Positions 17,792-26,271 of a stretch of DNA of 32,000 bases are shown one piece after another. The position numbers and the translations under genes are program-made. Each line of letters begins with the position of its first letter. The stretch's first letter is position 1. Source of the DNA: Nitrososphaeraceae archaeon (GTDB taxonomy: Archaea; Thermoproteota; Nitrososphaeria; Nitrososphaerales; Nitrososphaeraceae); contig DATBKT010000014.1 in the NCBI GenBank assembly GCA_036555705.1, forward strand, positions 2,040-34,039, given 5' to 3'. Under the pieces are notes generated by a model. It searched no databases. It was not told the origin of the DNA and saw only the letters and a list, made by a program, of their open reading frames with translations.

Positions 17792-19226
17792 TAAAACAGA
17801 TAAAGGGGGAGAAGAAACGATAGATAAACCGCAGCAGCATTACCATCTAATAATAGAGAAGATCAAAGAGCAGTTGTTGAACAAAAAAATGATACTTATT
17901 GCTTTAATTCCTATTATTGTCTTGGGTGGAATGATTGTATTTCTTTTTAATCCTGCTGGCCAATTATTGTTGCAAAACTCAGGAAATTCATTACCTGAGA
18001 TCACTATCGAAAGAATAGAATTCCAGGACGCTAAAATAGTGGCATTTCTGCGCAATACTGGTTCTAAAGACATCGCTATAGCTCAGGCAGATATTAATGA
18101 TAGAATACAGCCAGCAGCAATAGAACCAGGCAAAACACTATCCAGATTAGCGATAGCAAAAGTCATTATACCATTTTCTTGGAACCCCGGAGAACCATAC
18201 GAAATAGGAATAACTACATCTGATGGGATAAGGTTTCATAAATCTATCGAAGCCGCTGTATTAACACCTACCCCGAATCTTGAACAGGTCTCATTTTTTG
18301 CAATTATAGGCACGTTAGTAGGAGTGGTACCTGTAATGATTGGACTTCTTTGGTTTCCTTTCATCAAAAGGCTAAGTACAAACAAATACATATTCTTTCT
18401 CTCCCTTACTGCCGGGTTGTTGCTCTTTTTAGGAATAGATGCGCTAGTGGAAGCTAGTAAAATTGCCGCTCAAGATGTTGCAGGAGTCTTTAATGGCCAG
18501 ATGCTAATTGCAATGGTTACCATAGTTGCCTTCCTAGCTTTATTATACATATCTGAAAAACTTGTTGAACGCGCTGCTACCACTACCAGTTCAGTAAAGT
18601 CTTTAAAATTGTTAGAATCATCATCATCTTTAGCATCTGCTGCAGATTCTAGATTTGAAGAGGAGGAGAGAAAACAGCACGAGCTGCAGCATCGCAAGCG
18701 ATTATCAAGTTCTCTCTTTACAATAGCATTTATGATCGCAATAAGTATCGGATTGCACAACCTAGGCGAAGGTCTAGCAATAGGCGCAGCAGTCTTACTG
18801 GGAAATGTCGCTTTTGGTACCTTTCTAATAGTCGGATTTACACTACATAACACAACAGAAGGGCTAGCAATAGTCGCACCAATAGCTAAAAGTAATAGTA
18901 AAGTTAGGCTACGAAGATTAATGATGATGGGAGTAATTGCTGGAGCTCCAGCAATAGCTGGAATGTGGATAGGAGGATTTCTATACTCTCCGATTGCCGC
19001 AATAATATTTTTATCTGTTGGTGCTGGTGCAATATTCCAGGTAATATATTGCATAATGTCTTGGATATTAAATAATAGTAACGATAAAAATGACATTGTT
19101 AATGATGATAGTAATATAAAAAATAGAAAAGGAAGAAAAAATGTCTGGTTAAATCCACCCTTAATTGCAGGATTTATAGTCGGAATGATTATAATGTATA
19201 TAACATCCTTGATGGTATCATCTTGA
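17778..19226 (+). CDS. ZIP-family divalent metal transporter with an extra N-terminal TM + extracytoplasmic domain
   Basis: ZIP signature helices IGLHNLGEGLAIGAA and FTLHNTTEGLAIVAP (HNxxEG motifs), with a charged/Ser-rich variable loop between them. The N-terminal ~160 aa form one TM plus a beta-strand-rich segment. Start is either GTG 17778, which overlaps the oxidase stop by 14 nt, or ATG 17889. Confidence 0.8.
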   Translation: MVDINKTDKGGEETIDKPQQHYHLIIEKIKEQLLNKKMILIALIPIIVLGGMIVFLFNPAGQLLLQNSGNSLPEITIERIEFQDAKIVAFLRNTGSKDIAIAQADINDRIQPAAIEPGKTLSRLAIAKVIIPFSWNPGEPYEIGITTSDGIRFHKSIEAAVLTPTPNLEQVSFFAIIGTLVGVVPVMIGLLWFPFIKRLSTNKYIFFLSLTAGLLLFLGIDALVEASKIAAQDVAGVFNGQMLIAMVTIVAFLALLYISEKLVERAATTTSSVKSLKLLESSSSLASAADSRFEEEERKQHELQHRKRLSSSLFTIAFMIAISIGLHNLGEGLAIGAAVLLGNVAFGTFLIVGFTLHNTTEGLAIVAPIAKSNSKVRLRRLMMMGVIAGAPAIAGMWIGGFLYSPIAAIIFLSVGAGAIFQVIYCIMSWILNNSNDKNDIVNDDSNIKNRKGRKNVWLNPPLIAGFIVGMIIMYITSLMVSS

Positions 19227-19266
19227 TAATGCCCTACTTTTTGTTTATACACCTCTGACTTCGTGT

Positions 19267-19743
19267 ATGACAAAAATAGAAGGTGAGAAACCAAGAGGAG
19301 GATTAAACTTGACTGTCGAGCCGATGAAAAAAGAATATTACACAAATATCAAGAATATAGATCAGTTAGAATCTAGTCGTCATGCCCACAATGTAAAAAG
19401 AGAAGAGCGTACTGATAGAATGGAAGACTACCTAGAAGTCATATTTGAATTGATTAAACAAAAAAGCTACGCTTCATCTATAGACATTTCAGAATCTCTT
19501 AATGTAAGTCCTCCAAGTTTGACTAAAATGATACGGCGGTTATATGAGCAAGGTTATCTAAAATACAAATAATATCGAGGTACAAGTCTTACCCAGCAAG
19601 GAATCATAGTTGCAATAAGTATTCATGTAAGACACAGCTTACTAACTGAGTTTTTGATAATAATAGCTGCACATCGTATTTAGAAGCACAATTTCCGAGA
19701 TAACCAAAACAGTCTTAGTCAGATGTTATCGGATACATTATAA
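19267..19743 (+). pseudogene. DtxR/MntR-family metal-dependent transcriptional repressor, disrupted by two in-frame stops and an internal deletion
   Basis: RMEDYLEVIFELIKQKSYASSIDISESLNVSPPSLTKMIRRLYEQGYLKYK-TAA(19570-19572)-YRGTSLTQQGIIVAISIHVRHSLLTEFLIII..AAHRI-TAG(19681-19683)-KHNF.. tracks B. subtilis MntR as I recall it (SMEDYIEQIY...YLIYEKYRGLVLT..G......YRHELLEQFLRIIG....GIEHHLS). The stops fall where Lys and Glu are expected. About 9 residues after FLIII are missing. Confidence 0.7.
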
Positions 19744-20061
19744 ATTGCCTGATGGATCTAAGTACTTCAATTGCATTTATTAGTTGATACAACCTATAGA
19801 TATAATGAATTTATAGGGTCGTCAGATTTTGTTTGTGATTTCATAAAGTCTGGCAGTTTTACCTATATGTAGAATAAGCTAGTTAACACTAAGTTTAGGT
19901 AACCTAATTAGTTCTAATTTATCTTGTATAACCTGTTAGGCACGAGTCTCAAGTAACTGGAACGATCATTGTAGGATTCAATCATGCAAGAGGGTTTCTA
20001 GCAGTACTCAATTCTGGCAATGACCTACCAATCGCCGATTGATGTTGTGGATTCGATTTTG

Positions 20062-20697
20062 TTAAGGTCCGAAGTTACTGGCTGCTGGCGTAGTAGGCGG
20101 TGGATAAACAAATCTCATGCTGCTAAGACATGCTACATGAGTGTTTGTTGGATGTATTTGTCCTTGAATCTCTCCATTTTCATGTGATGTCGTTCTGATA
20201 GTGACATATGTATTTTTACCATCAATCACTTTGTCCAGATCCGTAACGTTCTTTCCAAGTAACGGCCCTGTTAAACTTCCTGGAGCTGAACTAAATGGTG
20301 CCTCGGCATTTCCACGTGCTTTGATTTCCCCACTTCCCAAAATTCCATCGACTGGCCCTGTGGGATAAGAACCGATTGTCGCTACATCGGCATATGGATT
20401 AAGTAATTGTGCTAATTCAGTTCCATTTTTAAGACCGATATGAGCTCCAATAGCGCCTGTGATATTTTTGACATCTATATAATAACACAAAGTCCCATTC
20501 GAATTCATATGGAACCTAGCTGTACCTGATGCTTTTGTATTTACTGGAGGTACCATGTCTTTGCCAGTTAAAATGGCTACAAAATTCTTTGGCTGTGGTA
20601 CCAGTCGTTGGGCATAAGATGAGCTTGGAATGATTAGTACTAAAGCTATTGTGGCAATAATTGAATATGGTAATAATCTATAGATATTCTTATTCAT
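20062..20697 (-). CDS. CHRD domain-containing exported protein (paralogue 2)
   Basis: 211 aa with a signal/anchor (LLPYSIIATIALVLIIPSSSYA). CHRD pattern: FVAILTGKDMVPPVNTKASGTARFHMNSNGTLCYYIDV, GAHIGLKNG, TYVTIRTTSHENGEIQGQI. Confidence 0.8.
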   Translation of the reverse strand: MNKNIYRLLPYSIIATIALVLIIPSSSYAQRLVPQPKNFVAILTGKDMVPPVNTKASGTARFHMNSNGTLCYYIDVKNITGAIGAHIGLKNGTELAQLLNPYADVATIGSYPTGPVDGILGSGEIKARGNAEAPFSSAPGSLTGPLLGKNVTDLDKVIDGKNTYVTIRTTSHENGEIQGQIHPTNTHVACLSSMRFVYPPPTTPAASNFGP

Positions 20698-21646
20698 TAT
20701 TTAGATAATAGGAGGACAATTATTTAAGGATTATCTGATTAGATGTCATTTTATGATATTATTGTAGTAAATATTTTATAATTAACCAAAATTGGAGTGG
20801 GATAAATTTTATTTCAACAATTTTTACTCTTCTCAGATATTTGCAGCAGCGATATTTGTGTTACTCGCTATAGATATCAGACGTGGCAAGACAACTACTA
20901 ATCTTTCTTATACGTTCAAAACTGTGATATTATTAGTATGCATTTTTGGTATAGCAAGTCATATCACATATTTTTAAATGATATATCAGGATAATAATGG
21001 CTAAGTTAGTTGCTTGCAGCACATTCTATGAATGTGCTGATGTAGAGTAACGATGTCAGTTCACTTGGTTAAATTAATTTAATATTAGTCAATATCTAAT
21101 ACGTAGGTGATGAAAACTCAAGCCAATACAAATCATCATAGTAGTAGCAATGATAGCTGCACTATCTCTTGTTGCCACAGCGCCCATTCTAACTGACAAC
21201 GCATTTAGTTACTGTTTAAGCTGGATATACAAATCTAAGTGCTTTTTGTTCCTAAACCTAACATATACTGAACTATATTCTTCCTTCTTTTACTATTCTC
21301 TTGTAATTACTCGCACTTGAAGGATCCAGTTACTCAAATTAGTTTGTTTGATCTCTTCTTTTTCAGCCATTCCTTCAGCATGTGAAATCAGCAGGGTTTT
21401 CAAAGTTTCGTCGGGCTACCCAGACACCATTCAACTTAATATTTGAAGCATATTCGTGACCAAAATCATATTATATTTCACATTGTTATTACGAGACGCT
21501 ATTTCCGATATGATTGTAGGATTTCTAAGAATCCAGTGTTGCCCGACATTAACTAGATGCTAGCTTAACTTATCTATTATGTAGATGAATATGAACAACT
21601 GGCTAATACGAAATCAGGCTTAGATAATGGGGCCTTCACCAGTTGA

Positions 21647-21898
21647 TTAGTCTGGTTGTGAATCATACTGATAAAGCTTCAATACTTCTTCTTTATATTT
21701 GACATCTCCATGCACTGGAGTTTGCTCTCTTTTATAGTAGTCACTTTCATGATCATGTTCACCATTCGGTTTAGTAGACCCATTAAGAAATCTACCGTAA
21801 ATACTGTTATCCGAGAGAAGATCGCTGCGTCCAAAGATCGAGACAACAATCGCTCCTATTGTGAAAAAGAAATCATTTAATCTATTACCTAAAGTCAC
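21647..21898 (-). CDS. Hypothetical small protein (one hydrophobic helix, acidic/His-rich tail)
   Basis: 83-aa ORF with a GTG start. FFFTIGAIVVSIFG is a possible TM helix. There is no family motif and coding status is uncertain. Confidence 0.3.
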   Translation of the reverse strand: MTLGNRLNDFFFTIGAIVVSIFGRSDLLSDNSIYGRFLNGSTKPNGEHDHESDYYKREQTPVHGDVKYKEEVLKLYQYDSQPD

Positions 21899-22044
21899 AG
21901 AATCACATATGAATTTATTTTTAATAGGTGGTTTGTAAGATAGTACAATTTGTTATACCATTTAAAATGTTTCTAAAATATTATATTGTGCAATTAAACT
22001 TAGAAGTCTTATACATTAATTGTTCATGAGTCTGACCTAGTAGA

Positions 22045-23208
22045 TTGTGTGCATTTATTAAAAAGTACGGACGTCGCCTAAGTATTGTACGATTGAAAAT
22101 CCTGCACTTGTCGTATGCCGGTCTGCCGGATTGGAGAATTGAAAAATCAGCAATCAGTGCATCCAATTGTGGCCATGAGGTCATATTTGCAGGAAGAGAT
22201 TCGAAAAACTACCAAACTAAAACTTTCTCCAAAATATATGAGATTAAATGGACATTTAAAGCAAGAATTGGAATTCCTTTTTACTGGCATTCTGTCAAAA
22301 AGCAAGTTGAGAGAGTATTAATGGACGTAAGGCCGGATATTGTTCATGCACATGATCTATTCCCAGCAAAAATGATTTCTGAATTTGGATTGCCTTTTGT
22401 ATATGACAACCATGAATATTGGTCCAAGCTTGCCCGACTGTTAACTGAGGTGGTTAGATCGTCAGCTAGTAGTTTACCGAAAAAAGTAAAACAAATGCTT
22501 TTAAGTTATTATGCCATACATTTATGGACAAAGTGGGAAAAAGAGCTCGTTTCATCATGTCCTACAATTACAGTATCTGACAATATTGCTGAAGAACTAA
22601 AATCAATAGGTGATACTAATAAAGTATTTACTGTTCCAAATTTCCCAATGAAGCATGAAGTAGAAAGTTTTGAACAACCACATTTTCATACCAAATTGTC
22701 ATCGGTCTATGCGGGATCGGATGGGCATAACAAACAGAAATATCCAAGTAGAAATATAGATGGTCTAGCTGATAATTTCATTAAGAGAAATATTGGCGAC
22801 CTTGTCATAGTTGGCTGGAATGAAGAATCATTATCACCAAAGATACAATATACAGGTATTCTCTCTAGACAGAATATGTTCGGAGAAATGTCTAAGCACT
22901 CTATTGGATTGATACCGTTTAAAAAGCATTGGGCTCACTCGTTTATGAGTCCTAACAAAGCTTATGAGTATGTGCATGCAGGTCTTTATGTTATGTGCTC
23001 ATCCTCGATAAAGCCAGTGGCACAAACTCTAAAACATAACTGTATCACATTCGACGATTACAATGAGATGGCATCCCAATTAGAGTACTTTAGAGATAAT
23101 CTAGAGGACCTCTATAAGAATAGGGTAAGGATATTTGATTTTGCAAGAAATAACCTAACCTGGGAAAAATATGAGAAAAACATATTTAATGCGTATCAGT
23201 TATGTTAG
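22045..23208 (+). CDS. GT-B fold glycosyltransferase (GT4/group-1-like)
   Basis: 387-aa maximal ORF opening at TTG 22045. A more typical start is TTG 22093, giving (M)KILHLSYAG. Motifs are DIVHAHDLFPAKM in the N-domain and SPNKAYEYVHAGLYVMCS in the C-domain (EX7E-like region). Confidence 0.65.
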   Translation: MCAFIKKYGRRLSIVRLKILHLSYAGLPDWRIEKSAISASNCGHEVIFAGRDSKNYQTKTFSKIYEIKWTFKARIGIPFYWHSVKKQVERVLMDVRPDIVHAHDLFPAKMISEFGLPFVYDNHEYWSKLARLLTEVVRSSASSLPKKVKQMLLSYYAIHLWTKWEKELVSSCPTITVSDNIAEELKSIGDTNKVFTVPNFPMKHEVESFEQPHFHTKLSSVYAGSDGHNKQKYPSRNIDGLADNFIKRNIGDLVIVGWNEESLSPKIQYTGILSRQNMFGEMSKHSIGLIPFKKHWAHSFMSPNKAYEYVHAGLYVMCSSSIKPVAQTLKHNCITFDDYNEMASQLEYFRDNLEDLYKNRVRIFDFARNNLTWEKYEKNIFNAYQLC

Positions 23209-23768
23209 AATCATAATGCTTTCTAGGGAACCATTGAAATTTATATGAATTGCAAGAACACACGAACCCAAATTTTCAGTATCTTAAAATAAAATGGCCA
23301 CTAAGATTATTCCCAAGAATAGGACTAGATAATGAACAGGGTTGATTGTACCGTTACTAAATTATGAAATATATTAGATCTTCTCCCTATAAATCTAATC
23401 AAAAGCAAAACCTTAGTATGGTTTCTGCTCTACCTCAGTTAAGTCCTGGCTATTAATTGGGTATATTTCGTTCAGAGCAGATTCTACTGGTATCATCGCT
23501 GAAAGAAAAACTATCACCTAAATTATGAGATAATATTTTATCGTCTGTCAGAATAAATACCCAAAACCGACCACTGCGCGCTCTATTCATGATAAGACTC
23601 GAGCTAGACGTGCAATTTTATCATCTGATAGAAAAAATGTAGATTACTAAAGGATCTGAATTTATATCTTAAAAATATACCTGTTTTTATCAAGAATGAA
23701 GATTCTATGACAATCTCGCAGATATAATTTGCACAATACAAATAACCAGTTATAATTTGTAAGATATA

Positions 23769-24077
23769 GTGCCAAGTACCACTTTCGATAAAGGCATACT
23801 AGGAGAATTAAGTCCATTTAGAAAAGACAACAAGAGATCTAATCCAGAAAAACAGTTCAAACTTGACGAGGAAAAGAAAGGCAAAATTTTTGACACAATT
23901 ACAACAGTCACTTGTAATAATTGTAATGTGACAGTTCCGGTCATTCATTGGGACAAGCACAAAACTGAAGTGCACATGAAGGGTATTTCTTTTTTCCGTC
24001 TGCTTAAAGAAATAGATACTGCAGACGATGGTCTAGATTTAAAAATGAGTATAAGGTATATGTTTAAGAAACTTTAA
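23769..24077 (+). CDS. Small basic protein with a single C2H2-type zinc-finger motif
   Basis: 102-aa ORF with a GTG start. CNNCNVTVPVIHWDKHKTEVH gives C-x2-C-x11-H-x4-H. The N-terminal half is Lys/Arg-rich. This is the only sizeable ORF in an AT-rich gap. Confidence 0.4.
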   Translation: MPSTTFDKGILGELSPFRKDNKRSNPEKQFKLDEEKKGKIFDTITTVTCNNCNVTVPVIHWDKHKTEVHMKGISFFRLLKEIDTADDGLDLKMSIRYMFKKL

Positions 24078-25480
24078 TCTGCTCAAAAACCAATGAGATG
24101 CTTTGTTGCATGATTCAGAAAAATCATTATAAGATAACGACTTGAGCAAATCTCAAGAATGGACCATAATGAATCCCTCTCTTTTGACCGGTGGTTTCAA
24201 ATTTAGTTGACTGATATTAGATTCATGAAACAAAGTACAACAACATTAAACTGTGCATAGTATTCATGCGTGAGTTAAGGTGCCGAATATGTATTACGAC
24301 GTATCAGAATGTAAAAAGTTATGATTCCGAGTAATCGATTTTAGTTGTCATTTTATGACAAATATTGAAACACCTTCATGCTCATCCCCTTATTTCACTC
24401 CTGAACGATTTGTTCAGAAACATGTAAAGAGAGACTCTTCGTCAAGAATTAGATAAATTAAAGAAAATGACTATTCATTATCATGATGACATTATAAAAA
24501 CAAAAATATGATAAAAATGCTCGATTTTTTGCATAACATCAATATTCCTTGCAGTCAATATTGGAGCGAGAAGCTCCCTTAAAACTAAGTATCCTAAAAG
24601 ACAAAAATTGGCTGATACAGTTATTGTTTTCTATCATGATCTCTTACCTCCAGATAGACAGCACAATCATACAATAATATACAAACAGCTAAGCATACGT
24701 CGTCGGCTACTTAACTATAATGAATAATATCCTAACGATCAATGCCTAGGCACACTCTATATACATAACGAAGAACGAACACAAAAATTTCATTCCGTGA
24801 CCGCTGCAGACAGTACATGTATATCTGGGAATCCCTATATTATGAGCGCATTAAACACTAGACATATGGACAATGTATTTATCGATCCCATGATTTATTT
24901 TAGACGCTATTCTGGTTGCAACAGATGAGAATAAGATGAAAAGTTGAAGTTGTGGATACAGCTAATCCTGACTCTTTTGGTATTTGTTTATTCTTTAAAT
25001 TTTGTCATCTATTATATTCTGAATTGCTTGACCTTTAAAGATTAGAGCCACCACCATTGTATGACCAAATATGCGCCATATAGTAGCAATAGACATCAAA
25101 CAAGCCCATTCTTATGCATGCTAAGTTGGTATAATAATTAAATTGCAATCTGGACTAAATTAAGCTGAAGTCTATAGTATTTTGCTTTTATCAAATTCCG
25201 ATGTTTTGTTACATATATAAAAGTAATCCTGACGCTATTTTAGAGAATGTTCATCTTTGCAATATTATGCCTTTCTAGATCTATTCCCCATCATGATTAG
25301 GGAAGCAAAGCTTCTGATTTATTTAGCACTAAATTGATATGATTTTTCTTTGATCATTCTGCGATATATTTTTCTCTCTTCAACTTATTTGTTCCAGCTC
25401 GTTTTATTGATGTGGATTGTTAAGAGAAAAATCATGTAAATCTGACTTACATTGCTACTGGAAAGTATTACCGCTGGAAA

Positions 25481-25684
25481 CTATTGTCTCGGAGTCGCCG
25501 TTTTCCCAAACATCGCCGTAACCAAGCCGCCTGCAAATCCAATGAGGCCGGTTGCAAATGGTAATACGTCCTTGACTGCACTGGCCATCGGACTGGTAAC
25601 GCCATTTGAGGTTGCTTGAAAGAATAAACCTAGCACCAAGATGCCTGTACTTGCAACGATTGTCCATTTTAGAATCTCACTCAT
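25481..25684 (-). CDS. Small two-helix membrane protein
   Basis: 67 aa with two hydrophobic helices (WTIVASTGILVLGLFF and LPFATGLIGFAGGLVTAMF). It is locally more GC-rich than its flanks. The overlapping ORF 25455..25667 looks like a frame shadow. Confidence 0.45.
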   Translation of the reverse strand: MSEILKWTIVASTGILVLGLFFQATSNGVTSPMASAVKDVLPFATGLIGFAGGLVTAMFGKTATPRQ

Positions 25685-25689
25685 GTACT

Positions 25690-25818
25690 TTACTGGTTGG
25701 AGGAAAGGCTATCTGCTTTTAAATCCTCTAACGATTCTTCGATCTTATTTAGATCCGACGAACTAATTGATGTCGTTGGAGGAATGATCGATTTAGCCGA
25801 TATGGACGGATCAGACAT
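25690..25818 (-). CDS. Possible 42-aa micro-ORF immediately upstream of the small membrane protein gene
   Basis: My own translation is MSDPSISAKSIIPPTTSISSSDLNKIEESLEDLKADSLSSNQ. The stop lies 5 nt before the ATG at 25684 on the same strand. It is below the ORF-track cutoff and the support is weak. Confidence 0.2.
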   Translation of the reverse strand: MSDPSISAKSIIPPTTSISSSDLNKIEESLEDLKADSLSSNQ

Positions 25819-26271
25819 CGTTTAATACTATATCATCCAGGTTACTTATGAGATACGATTGAATACATTCTAATTAAAAGCAGGTATTTTTTATGTGCAT
25901 GTGAATCTAAGGGATTATTATTAGTTTTATATCTATACGATATTATATAGGAATTATACATAAGACAAGCGTTAAGCACAATATAATTGGCAAGACTAGC
26001 AAATTGAGATTCATTAGGCACTAAAAATCAGATATGGACTTGCTATATTATAAAATGTCGTGGCAAAGGATATTTAATTTTACTTACATATGATGTCTTA
26101 ATTGGAGGTACGTGCTCAATATATTGCAACTAAATAGTTGAATAGAGATTAAAAGAAATAAGGTAAAAAGACTATCGTTAGAAAAACATACATTCACTCT
26201 TAAATAAATATCTATCTAAAGGCATTACGAATGATAAATGTTAATCTTAATCTTACGAAAAATACTTTTCA

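Noticed and set aside
18470-19345. 291-aa minus-strand ORF antisense to the ZIP transporter
   Set aside because: It is long but runs entirely opposite a gene with clear ZIP motifs. Its translation is repetitive low-complexity (LLLL, SSSS, IIII runs) with no family signature, so I treat it as a frame shadow.
20792-20977. 61-aa TTG-initiated ORF with two hydrophobic stretches
   Set aside because: It sits in an AT-rich intergenic region with a non-ATG start and no motif, so I cannot distinguish it from chance.
21110-21320. Possible small exported protein: atgaaaactc... gives the Cys/His-rich 28-mer MKTQANTNHHSSSNDSCTISCCHSAHSN; removing one A from the AAAA run would instead give MKLKPIQIIIVVAMIAALSLVATAPILTDNAFS...
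   Set aside because: The attractive signal-peptide reading requires assuming a homopolymer frameshift. Both readings are short and unsupported.
25455-25667. 70-aa ORF overlapping the 67-aa membrane-protein ORF in another frame
   Set aside because: Its Arg/Cys/Trp-rich translation has no structure. The 25481..25684 frame gives two clean TM helices and is preferred.
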